IMG/VR virus record: IMGVR_UViG_2571042372_000005
Direction: 5' to 3' (one strand)
DNA length: 16,037 nt
From: a virus
Taxonomy: Duplodnaviria; Heunggongvirae; Uroviricota; Caudoviricetes
Under the pieces are notes generated by a model, which was not told where the DNA came from, did not search any database, and worked only from the letters and a program-made list of their open reading frames with translations. This document shows, piece after piece, positions 1 to 7,705 of this stretch; position 1 is the first letter of the stretch, and every line of letters begins with the position of its first letter. The position numbers and the translations under genes are program-made.

Positions 1-384
1 GAAACGACATTTGTGCTGGATGCTCTGGAGCAGGCGTTATGGGCCCGTCGACCGTCCGGCACGGTCCATCACAGTGATAAAGGTTCTCAGTATGTATCGC
101 TGGCCTACACACAGCGGCTTAAGGAAGCCGGATTACTGGCATCAACAGGAAGTACAGGCGACTCGTATGACAACGCGATGGCGGAGAGCATCAATGGTCT
201 TTACAAAGCGGAGGTAATACACCGTAAGAGCTGGAAAAACCGTGCAGAAGTGGAACTGGCCACACTCACGTGGGTGGACTGGTATAACAATCGACGATTG
301 CTGGAAAGGCTGGGCCATACTCCTCCGGCAGAAGCAGAAAAAGCTTATTATGCTTCCATCGGAAACGATGATCTGGCAGCCTGA
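1..384 (+). CDS. IS629 OrfB transposase (DDE integrase core), 5'-partial at window edge
   Basis: Frame open from base 1 ([31 protein letters not shown]...), same C-terminus as the complete OrfB at 5282..6172; stop at 382..384. Confidence 0.9.
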   Translation, partial: ETTFVLDALEQALWARRPSGTVHHSDKGSQYVSLAYTQRLKEAGLLASTGSTGDSYDNAMAESINGLYKAEVIHRKSWKNRAEVELATLTWVDWYNNRRLLERLGHTPPAEAEKAYYASIGNDDLAA

Positions 385-426
385 GTTCACAGATAAAACA
401 CTCTCCAGGAAACCCGGGGCGGTTCA
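1..426 (+). mobile_element. IS629-like (IS3 family) insertion sequence, copy A, partial: only the 3' 426 bp lies in the window
   Basis: 1..426 matches the reverse complement of 5240..5665 with 2 synonymous substitutions in the stretches compared by eye; ends in the terminal inverted repeat ...CCAGGAAACCCGGGGCGGTTCA at 426. Confidence 0.9.
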
Positions 427-1193
427 ATACGGGAGAACTCATAACCGCAGTCATGACATCTGCCGGAATAGTTCGATTGAATTTGTTTTAGCGCCGGATA
501 CAGTTCGCGGAATAATGCCTGTGAGCGGTTGGCATAATCCCATAGCCATACAAGGCTGTTTGCTTCTTTTGCAGAAAGCTCGTTGGTTTTCTTCTCTTGT
601 TTGCCGATGAACTCACCTTCAAGCACTACCCTGTGGATGTACTCTACTGCTTGTGGTATCTGAGATGCATCAAGCTCTTCAATACTTTCCACATTGAAAC
701 GCTGATGAATCATTGCATAAGCTTCTGGGTACATTAGATGCTTTTTGCTGACTAGCATATTTACAGCATCACGAAGCGGAGTCCTGTCATCAACAGATGT
801 TTTCTTCCGTGCATTTGCTGCCTCTCCCTTTGTCCAGTAGTCATGCAGCACAGTAAAGCATTCTTCCTGGTACTGAATCAGTTTATCGCGGATGTCAGCA
901 CGAACTTTCTCAGGGTTGATGCTGAACAGCCATCCATTTAACTTCTTCAAAGGAAGGCAGAGTAGCTTACGAAGCTTACCATCAGCGGCAACCATGTTCA
1001 TATGAACACAGTTGAATTTGCTAATCTGCTTCATGAGTTTTGTTTGCTGCGTTGACCAGCTCATTCCGAGGTTTTCAACGATTGGCTTCATCGCAACATA
1101 TGCAACTCCGGCAGCCATGGCGGTGATAATTTGCTGACCGTTGAATGGCACGTAAGAGGTGTTCACTGCTTCTAAAATTGCTATACTATTCAT
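427..1193 (-). CDS. ant: Phage antirepressor (Ant-like), 3'-truncated by IS629 copy A
   Basis: ORF 387..1259 reads on into the IS inverted repeat, so the native stop is missing. Likely start is ATG at 1193 ([10 protein letters not shown]...) behind GGAGAAAA; an upstream in-frame ATG at 1259 is the alternative. Position downstream of an Arc-like gene matches P22 immI. Confidence 0.55.
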
Positions 1194-1425
1194 GTTGGTT
1201 TTTCTCCACGGATTTACCGACAACCGAAGCCCTGACTGTTCCAGCAGTTGGGGCTTCACTGTTTTGATTTCTTTGCCGCATCAAGCATCACTTCTGAAAA
1301 CGTGCGCTTGCCACTGAATACTCTTTCTCTTCTCAATTTTTCGTTCGTGCCAAATGATTCGCCATGAACAAAATTTGGTCTTAAAATGGTAATCGCAATC
1401 TCTTTGACTACTGCATCCAAGCGAA

Positions 1426-1578
1426 TCACACCGTTACCCCCTCTCTCTTCAGGCTGTCTATCAGGCGCTTGATAACCTCTGAGTTAAACGACCTGCACTC
1501 TTCCTTTGCCCTGCTACCGATAGCATCCTTTAACGACTGCGGCATCCTTACCAAAATCTTACTTATTTCTTTCTCCAT
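1426..1578 (-). CDS. arc: Arc-like ribbon-helix-helix repressor (50 aa)
   Basis: MEKEISKILVRMPQSLKDAIGSRAKEECRSFNSEVIKRLIDSLKREG resembles P22 Arc as recalled (RS-NSE core, KxEG tail); GGAGGG 5 nt before the ATG at 1578. Confidence 0.7.
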   Translation of the reverse strand: MEKEISKILVRMPQSLKDAIGSRAKEECRSFNSEVIKRLIDSLKREGVTV

Positions 1579-1692
1579 GTTACCCTCCACGCAAACAACT
1601 CTTTTCGAATACAAAAGATAGCAAAGTGAGTATATCTAGTCAAAATTTTTTTGCATACACTTTGCTATCAAATTGAATACCAAAGGTGTTAT
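1579..1692. promoter_or_regulatory. Divergent arc-ant / mnt control region with a 12-bp perfect inverted repeat
   Basis: GATAGCAAAGTG (1617..1628) and CACTTTGCTATC (1658..1669) separated by 29 bp; TTGACT -35-like hexamer on the - strand at 1638..1643; TTGCAT at 1650..1655 on the + strand. Confidence 0.5.
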
Positions 1693-1941
1693 ATGGCAAA
1701 GGGTGTGTCAATTTCTCCAACTACGGTAAGAATCCCTGAATCTTTACGCGAGGCTCTTGCTGTCAGAGCATCAAAAAATGGTCGCTCTGTTAACTCCGAG
1801 ATCGTCATGATTTTGCAAGCCGCGATTGATGAAGATAGGTCGCCAAAGTCAGTTGAGTCATTTGCTCAGCAAGAAGCTGATAAATTCAAAGAGGCGCTAC
1901 TTGAGACGCTAAAGACCATGTATGCTAAGGATGAAAAATAA
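1693..1941 (+). CDS. mnt: Mnt-like ribbon-helix-helix repressor (82 aa)
   Basis: VRIPESLREALAVRASKNGRSVNSEIVMILQAAI matches the Mnt/Arc RHH core (NGRS-NSE); C-terminus ...LKTMYAKDEK resembles P22 Mnt as recalled; divergent from arc. Confidence 0.75.
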   Translation: MAKGVSISPTTVRIPESLREALAVRASKNGRSVNSEIVMILQAAIDEDRSPKSVESFAQQEADKFKEALLETLKTMYAKDEK

Positions 1942-2477
1942 TGCTGCACACAATTCATTTCTTATGCCCTGTTAACACTGCCACTGTTGGGCAACTTCAG
2001 AACCACTGTCTCACCGCATTATCTCAAGGCGCAACTGAATTAAATATCCATATATCAAGTCAGGGAGGGGAAACTGCTGCTGGCTTTACTGCGTATAACT
2101 TTCTTAAGTCACTCCCTGTTACCGTTAGAACTCACAACATAAGCAATGTTGAATCCATAGCTAATATCGTTTTCCTGGCTGGCTCAGAACGTTTCGCAAA
2201 CCCATTATCAAGATTCCTGTTACATCCTCTATTATGGTGCTTTGCCTCCCCAGCCGCCGACCATGCCAGATTGAGAGAGTACGGGAAATGCCTCGATAAC
2301 GATCTTGATCGCTTCGTTGAGACGTTCAATATCGACATCGGAACCCATATTAGGTGGGCATCCCTGATAGCAGACTCGACCATTTTGGATGCTAACAAGG
2401 CTCTTGAGCATGGCATAATTAATTCCATAAAAACTGCAAGGCTGGCATCCAATCAGGCAAACTGGTGGGTTGTTTGA
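1941..2477 (+). CDS. ClpP-fold (S14/S49-like) serine peptidase homologue lacking the ClpP N-terminal region
   Basis: By-eye alignment to E. coli ClpP: IHISSQGGETAAGFTAY vs INSPGGVITAGMSIY; VESIAN Ser aligns with the GQAASMG catalytic Ser; RF-NPLSRFLLHP vs RFCLPNSRVMIHQP keeps the His; a later Asp (ADSTILD) is a candidate third residue. Start ATG overlaps the mnt stop (TAATG). Confidence 0.6.
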   Translation: MLHTIHFLCPVNTATVGQLQNHCLTALSQGATELNIHISSQGGETAAGFTAYNFLKSLPVTVRTHNISNVESIANIVFLAGSERFANPLSRFLLHPLLWCFASPAADHARLREYGKCLDNDLDRFVETFNIDIGTHIRWASLIADSTILDANKALEHGIINSIKTARLASNQANWWVV

Positions 2478-2503
2478 TGGGTAAATCATGATTACTCCTT
2501 ATA

Positions 2504-2527
2504 AAAAACCCACCTGACGGTGGGTTT
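2504..2527. terminator. Intrinsic terminator between convergent genes (possibly bidirectional)
   Basis: AAAAACCCACC-tgac-GGTGGGTTT hairpin; on the - strand it follows the 2526 stop and is followed by a T-run. Confidence 0.7.
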
Positions 2528-2975
2528 AGTCAAACATAGTGTTTCTAAAGTCTCTCGCATACCCTGCTAACACTCTCATTCTATTATGATTGTTAGCAGA
2601 CATGTGAGCTACAGGATGAAAAAGAGCAATCAATGAATACCTGTTCTCATCAAAAAGATTTTGTGCATAAACGAGAGCGGTATTGGATGTTTTATGCCAC
2701 TGCAACTTTTGCGGTGTGCTGATATCTGTGCCATTTTTTATTGGCTCAAATTTATTTTCACCAATTGCTAAATGAAGGTGCATAAGGCCTGCATCTTCAA
2801 TATCAGGAGGTCGATGATAAGAGGTGTCTCTGCCAAAATAGCTGGGCAACGTTCCCGTAGACTTGTAGATGATAAAATCATCTACAAGTGTTTGTTTTAA
2901 ATCAGGAAACTCAACAAAAACCGGGGAGAAAAAATAGTCAAAACTATCCTGATTATATTCCACGGTTACTTGCAT
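2526..2975 (-). CDS. yafO: YafO-family toxin homologue (149 aa)
   Basis: Matches E. coli YafO as recalled: DFIIYKSTGTLPSYFGRD vs DFISYKRDGVLPDIFGRD; HLHLAIGEN vs HIHLANENN; ALVYAQNLFDE...LIALFHPVAHMSANNHNRM vs HLVYCQGAFDE...LIAILKPEPHKLARDNNQM. GAGG SD; starts 8 nt after the upstream stop. Confidence 0.65.
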   Translation of the reverse strand: MQVTVEYNQDSFDYFFSPVFVEFPDLKQTLVDDFIIYKSTGTLPSYFGRDTSYHRPPDIEDAGLMHLHLAIGENKFEPIKNGTDISTPQKLQWHKTSNTALVYAQNLFDENRYSLIALFHPVAHMSANNHNRMRVLAGYARDFRNTMFD

Positions 2976-2983
2976 GTTTTACC

Positions 2984-3550
2984 TCAGTGGAAGTTACCAG
3001 AGTGAAACACACGAGTCCCGTGCTCAGCAAGCGCACGCAAACCAGCCATATCTACGGAACTATCAAAAACAACCGGAACACATGAGCGTTGTTTAATAAG
3101 ACTATTCAGGTTGGTTACGGCAGATCTGGCATCAGCAACAACGATATAGATATCTCTTGCGATCTCTTTAAAATCAGCAGAAGCTTCTTTGAATACCGAT
3201 TTCATTGCCCCTTCAAGTCCTCTCAATTGATGCTCTATCAATCGAGACTTTTCTGGTTCAATGATAGACAACACATTGTCTACATTCTCATCGGTAGCGT
3301 TTGCAAGAACACGATAAGCGTATTTCAGCATTCGAGACAATTCTTTAATCGAAGACACCGCCTCATGAAGCTCATCATTAGCCCGTTCACTGCTGAATGA
3401 GGATTGATGGTAAGCGTGCTGAACGTTATCAGTAACAACCACCTCACAACTGAACGCAGAAGCTTGCTGTAATAGCAAACCTATTGCGACTCCAGCTTTG
3501 GCAGCGTTCAAGCTAAACATTTCATCAATCCCATTAGTCTCATTGCTCAT
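2984..3550 (-). CDS. Hypothetical 188-aa protein encoded immediately upstream of the YafO-like toxin; putative non-canonical antitoxin/partner
   Basis: AAGGAGG SD before the ATG at 3550 (the ORF-track start at 3580 lacks an SD); no RHH/HTH or YafN/Phd-like motif recognisable; same operon as the toxin. Confidence 0.5.
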   Translation of the reverse strand: MSNETNGIDEMFSLNAAKAGVAIGLLLQQASAFSCEVVVTDNVQHAYHQSSFSSERANDELHEAVSSIKELSRMLKYAYRVLANATDENVDNVLSIIEPEKSRLIEHQLRGLEGAMKSVFKEASADFKEIARDIYIVVADARSAVTNLNSLIKQRSCVPVVFDSSVDMAGLRALAEHGTRVFHSGNFH

Positions 3551-3725
3551 ACAAACCTCCTTCTTATCGGAGATTATCAATAGCTATGCATCCATTGAAT
3601 ACACGCTATGCGCAATAAGTTTACGTCACGTGATATCATTATGCAACCACCGTTCTATCACCGACTAACTTTACTCCCACTCCTATACATCATCTGGTAT
3701 CCTGCGCAAAACTAAGGAGGTTGGT

Positions 3726-4076
3726 GTGAATGCTCAGTCTGTCATCATGGTTTTCCTTGGGCTGATTGTCGCAAAACTATATCCAGACTGGTGGAAAGGG
3801 GCATTAGCTACTGTCGCCATCTATTTGCTTTTATCCATCGTTAAGCGATCACTCGCTGAGACCGTAAATCAAGCAAAACGTTTCTCATTTAAGAGTTTAA
3901 TAAACTATGTTACTGGGCTTATTTTTTGCCTTTCAATTCTGATCGCTTCGGCTTTTTTGCCCGTATCAATAGCTAATTTTTTTGGCGCACCATATGAGGT
4001 AGGTTATCTATTCTCTGTTTCCTGTCTTGCCATTGCTCTTCTTTACCTGTGGACGAGATCAAAGAATAAAAATTAG
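3726..4076 (+). CDS. Small integral membrane protein (116 aa, 3-4 predicted TM helices); GTG start
   Basis: AAGGAGG (3714..3720) 5 nt before GTG at 3726; hydrophobic stretches VIMVFLGLIVAKL, ATVAIYLLLSIV, LIFCLSILIASAFLPV, YLFSVSCLAIALLYLW; sits at the P22 sieA-equivalent position. Confidence 0.6.
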   Translation: MNAQSVIMVFLGLIVAKLYPDWWKGALATVAIYLLLSIVKRSLAETVNQAKRFSFKSLINYVTGLIFCLSILIASAFLPVSIANFFGAPYEVGYLFSVSCLAIALLYLWTRSKNKN

Positions 4077-4093
4077 CCATCCGTGGCTGCCAG

Positions 4094-5239
4094 TTATTGA
4101 GCTTCTTTTTGTGATGCCTGTGCGACTCTGGTGAGCGATTGTGTGACCGTACTGATCGCTCTGTCATATGCTGTGCTACCTTTTGGCGTATTTGCCAGAC
4201 GTAACAAGGCATTTCGTATAACAGGGCTTTCGTATGCCTTCGCAGCTCCTCCTACGACACCAGCAGCAGGAACAACAAACGCAGCCGTTTTTAGCATCCC
4301 CGCTAATACTGCTGCGTTTATGATGCCACCACCAACTAACAATCCATAAAGCTGCTGACCATTTAAGTTTTGAACGTTCGCTTTTGCCGCGTGTCTTGTA
4401 TCGTTGAGGTATTTAATAACGCCGTCCAGTTCCTTTCCATGTACGCCTTTAAAGAAAGTTGCTGATTGCTTCCTGTTCCGGTGTAACGCATTAATAAACT
4501 TTTCAACACTAATATTTCCAGACGGATCAGTCGCCTTATCTACAGCATTCTGAACTATGGCTGCTCGTGCGTTTTGCCTACCATTGTCATCCAGAAGCCT
4601 GTAAAGCTGAGAACGTTCTGATGGGTTTTGGCTAAAAACGAGTTTTGTTACATCCTCAGGTGTAGCCTTGCCGCTGGCTATTGCCTTTTGAACGCGCGTT
4701 CTTCCCATCATGTCATTGAATCTAGCCCATGAGCGATCAACCCTAGACATATTGGCAGCTTCTTCTGAGCCTAGTTTTTGGGATACTGCTTTTTTCATAT
4801 CCGCTGTATATGCCTTGTAGACAATATCGCTGGCTTTCTGGAGCGTGTCTTTATCAACAGTCTCGTTTGAATTCATGAACCGCTTTCGAAGGTCAGTTCT
4901 GTTTTCTCTCGCCAGACGCAGGTCATTGGGTCCGCTGGTGATATCGTCTTTAAATTGCTGCAAGACTTTTACCGCGGCTCTATCCTGAGATTTGCCCGGG
5001 CGGCTTAACACGGCAATCTGATTGTCGATAGCTTTTACCGTGTTTGAGAGATCGACAGGGGTATCCCCCATAGCGTCAATTATGCGGTTATATCGCTTTC
5101 CTGCTGCCTCAATGAATTTTTGTTGCCCTTTAGTCGCAGATTCATAAAGCTGTTTATCAGAAATGCCACCCAGACCATCGCTAAATGTTCTGACTAAATT
5201 TTCTCGTGCTTGTTGTTGATTCAGCCGATTCTTACCGGT
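4094..5239 (-). CDS. 5'-truncated phage structural-type protein, possibly an ejection/internal virion protein; N-terminus replaced by IS629 copy B
   Basis: The reading frame is open from the IS junction at 5239 down to the stop at 4094, beyond the first ATG at 5071; C-terminal hydrophobic Gly/Ala-rich segment. Function is inferred from position only. Confidence 0.4.
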   Translation of the reverse strand, partial: TGKNRLNQQQARENLVRTFSDGLGGISDKQLYESATKGQQKFIEAAGKRYNRIIDAMGDTPVDLSNTVKAIDNQIAVLSRPGKSQDRAAVKVLQQFKDDITSGPNDLRLARENRTDLRKRFMNSNETVDKDTLQKASDIVYKAYTADMKKAVSQKLGSEEAANMSRVDRSWARFNDMMGRTRVQKAIASGKATPEDVTKLVFSQNPSERSQLYRLLDDNGRQNARAAIVQNAVDKATDPSGNISVEKFINALHRNRKQSATFFKGVHGKELDGVIKYLNDTRHAAKANVQNLNGQQLYGLLVGGGIINAAVLAGMLKTAAFVVPAAGVVGGAAKAYESPVIRNALLRLANTPKGSTAYDRAISTVTQSLTRVAQASQKEAQ

Positions 5240-5265
5240 TGAACCGCCCCGGGTTTCCTGGAGAG
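5240..5265. repeat. IS629 terminal inverted repeat (orfB-proximal end)
   Basis: TGAACCGCCCCGGGTTTCCTGGAGAG; partner at 6524..6549. Confidence 0.8.
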
Positions 5266-5281
5266 TGTTTTATCTGTGAAC

Positions 5282-6172
5282 TCAGGCTGCCAGATCATCG
5301 TTTCCGATGGAAGCATAATAAGCTTTTTCTGCTTCTGCCGGAGGAGTATGGCCCAGCCTTTCCAGCAATCGTCGATTGTTATACCAGTCCACCCACGTGA
5401 GTGTGGCCAGTTCCACTTCTGCACGGTTTTTCCAGCTCTTACGGTGTATTACCTCCGCTTTGTAAAGACCATTGATGCTCTCCGCCATCGCGTTGTCATA
5501 CGAGTCGCCTGTACTTCCTGTTGATGCCAGTAATCCGGCTTCCTTAAGCCGCTGTGTGTAGGCCAGCGATACATACTGAGAACCTTTATCACTGTGATGG
5601 ACCGTGCCGGACGGTCGACGGGCCCATAACGCCTGCTCCAGTGCATCCAGCACGAATGTCGTTTCCATGGACGATGAGACCCGCCACCCCACGATGTATC
5701 CGGCAAACACATCAATGATGAACGCCACATAGACGAAGCCCCGCCATGTGCTGACGTAAGTAAAATCAGCCACCCACAGCTGGTCAGGTCGTTCTGCCAC
5801 GAACTGACGGTTTACGCGGTCGCCTGCGGCAACGGCTTTCCGGCTGATGGTCGTACGGACCTTTTTACCCCGGAGAACACCGGCAAGTCCCATAACCGCC
5901 ATGAGACGTGCCACAGTGCATCTGGCCACTCTGATACCTTCCCGTAACAACTGACGCCAGACTTTACGCACACCGTATACCTTGTGATTTTCATCGTATA
6001 CGCGCTGTATCTCTTTCTTCAGCCAGTCATCGCGCTGCGCACGGGCACTGCGTTTATCCGGATGATGTCGCTGTTGCTGACAGTGGTAATACGTTGACGG
6101 GGCAATATGCAGTTCGCTGCATAGCGGTCCGACCCCGTACTGCTCACGCAGCTTATCCAGCAGTGGCATCAT
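5282..6172 (-). CDS. IS629 OrfB transposase (DDE integrase core)
   Basis: 296-aa ORF in the -1 frame relative to orfA; IS3-family catalytic-core-like sequence ([10 protein letters not shown]...[15 protein letters not shown]). Confidence 0.9.
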   Translation of the reverse strand: MMPLLDKLREQYGVGPLCSELHIAPSTYYHCQQQRHHPDKRSARAQRDDWLKKEIQRVYDENHKVYGVRKVWRQLLREGIRVARCTVARLMAVMGLAGVLRGKKVRTTISRKAVAAGDRVNRQFVAERPDQLWVADFTYVSTWRGFVYVAFIIDVFAGYIVGWRVSSSMETTFVLDALEQALWARRPSGTVHHSDKGSQYVSLAYTQRLKEAGLLASTGSTGDSYDNAMAESINGLYKAEVIHRKSWKNRAEVELATLTWVDWYNNRRLLERLGHTPPAEAEKAYYASIGNDDLAA

Positions 6173-6495
6173 TTTTTCCAGAGGCGGTCGAACTCCGCCT
6201 TCGCAAAATAAGCGGAAGCCTGGCGAAGGATATCGTTACTGCGGCGCAGTTCACGATTTTCACGTTCCAGCTCTTTCAGACGCTGACGTTCAGCGGTGGT
6301 GAGCCCTCCATCACCGCCCCCGGTATCCCGCTCATGCTGGCGAACCCAGACACGCAGAGTCTCCGGCGTACAGCCAATCTTTGGAGCAATGGAACAAATT
6401 GTCGCCCATTGTGAGTCATATTCGCTCTGACTTTCCAGAACCATACGGACTGCCCGTTGACGGACTTCGGGGGAAAAACGAGTATTTTTAGTCAT
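6169..6495 (-). CDS. IS629 OrfA (HTH/leucine-zipper transposase N-terminal protein)
   Basis: 108 aa, [21 protein letters not shown]...; ends in the A-run GGAAAAAATGA that overlaps the orfB start, the usual site of -1 frameshifting in this family. Confidence 0.9.
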   Translation of the reverse strand: MTKNTRFSPEVRQRAVRMVLESQSEYDSQWATICSIAPKIGCTPETLRVWVRQHERDTGGGDGGLTTAERQRLKELERENRELRRSNDILRQASAYFAKAEFDRLWKK

Positions 6496-6523
6496 CCTGT
6501 TTACCTCTTTCTCAGGAAGTTTA

Positions 6524-6549
6524 GTCTCCAGGATTCCCGGGGCGGTTCA
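6524..6549. repeat. IS629 terminal inverted repeat (orfA-proximal end)
   Basis: Reverse complement reads TGAACCGCCCCGGGAATCCTGGAGAC. Confidence 0.8.
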
Positions 6550-7705
6550 TGATGATTGAGTCTGCGTCCTGTTCAATGCTTCCTGAATCACGCAAATCTG
6601 CGTTTGTCGGGCGTTTGTTTGGTCGCTTCTCAACATCGCGTGAAAGCTGACTCAGGGAAATAACCGGTGTTTTCAGGTCTTTCGCCATCGCCTTCAGGCT
6701 TCCGGAGATGTGAGCAATTGCGAGGTCGTTGCGGTCTGCTTTCGGCTTCTCAATCAGGCCAAGATAATCCGCCATGATGAGTGAGAGGTTTGGATTTTCC
6801 TGTTTGTGCCGTTCTGCGATTGAGCGTATTTCTTCGACCGATAATCGCGAGGCATCGACTACCCATACATCCAAATCTGCAAGCTGACTCATGCCGTTAG
6901 CAACACGTGCCCAGCCCTCGTCATCCATCGATGCAGGATTTCGCAGTACGCTAACCGACATCCTCCCGGCGTTGGCAATGCTTCGCTCTGCAATCTGCAA
7001 TGCGCTCATTTCCATTGAGAAAATCAATACCCCGCGCCGGACGTCAGAACCAGGAATAACGCGGCTTGCAACGCCTTCGGCAATCTTCAGCGCCAGTTCG
7101 GTTTTCCCCATACCAGGACGAGCAGCGATTATCACCAGGTCTTCCGCGTTCATCCCTCCGGTGATGGCATCAAGTTCTTCGATTCCGGTCTTCAGGGTAT
7201 CGGACTCTTCTCCGTTCCTCAGACGCCTGTCAAGCGTGTCAGTGTAGTCGGTGATGATTTCCCCTAACCGTACAGGTTTAACCTCGTCACGGGGCTTTCT
7301 GATGGCTGAGAGACGTTTTACAAGTTCATCCATCGCCTGACTCGATGCGTCGATGGTTCCGCTTTGGATTGGTTCACGCATTTCATCCATGATTTCCAGC
7401 ACCAGACGGCGGTGATAGTTATCCGCGACCATTCCGGCATATCCCTTCAGGTTTGCGGCGCTCGGGCAGTTTTTGCTGGTCATCAGGATTGACGTGAAAT
7501 GCTCCTCTCCGCACGCCTCGGCAACCATCAGCGCGTCGATTAGGTTTCTGTTTCTCGCCTGCTTCCGGATAACCTCGAAGGCTTTCCGGTAGAGCGGAAT
7601 TGAAAACGCTTCCGGCTCCAGCGTTGCAAGAACGTCACTGGCGGTTGGAGTTAATCCACCAATCAGCAGGCCACCGATAACGCTCGCTTCGATATCCTGT
7701 CTCAT
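6550..7705 (-). CDS. DnaB-family replicative helicase (P22 gene-12-like), 3'-truncated by IS629 copy B
   Basis: Walker [12 protein letters not shown]; DnaB C-terminal motifs [36 protein letters not shown], after which the frame runs into the IS inverted repeat; about 45-60 C-terminal residues missing by comparison with E. coli DnaB. Start ATG overlaps the upstream stop (ATGA). Confidence 0.85.

Larger units (their letters stand above)
5240..6549 (-). mobile_element. IS629-like (IS3 family) insertion sequence, copy B, complete (1310 bp)
   Basis: Terminal inverted repeats TGAACCGCCCCGGG(T/A)(T/A)TCCTGGAGA at both ends; contains orfA and orfB with a short overlap; no matching flanking direct repeat (GGT vs TGA). 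Confidence 0.9.

Noticed and set aside
11-610. Several overlapping ORFs inside IS629 copy A and antisense to ant (including 242..610)
   Set aside because: Alternate frames of the transposase and antirepressor sequences; the same shadow ORFs recur in mirror image in copy B.
2132-2489. Two - strand ORFs (106 and 85 aa)
   Set aside because: Antisense to the ClpP-like gene, which has the recognisable motifs.
4075-4090. Short hairpin AGCCA-tccg-TGGCT between convergent genes
   Set aside because: Only a 5-bp stem with no U-run on either strand; too weak to call a terminator.
3973-4349. ORFs 3973..4212 (-) and 4131..4349 (+)
   Set aside because: Overlap the membrane protein gene and the truncated virion gene in alternate frames or antisense.
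5812-6414. ORFs 5812..5994 (-), 6094..6414 (+) and 5449..5730 (-) inside IS629 copy B
   Set aside because: Alternate frames or antisense of orfA/orfB.
6891-7247. 118-aa + strand ORF
   Set aside because: Lies wholly inside and antisense to the DnaB-like helicase gene.
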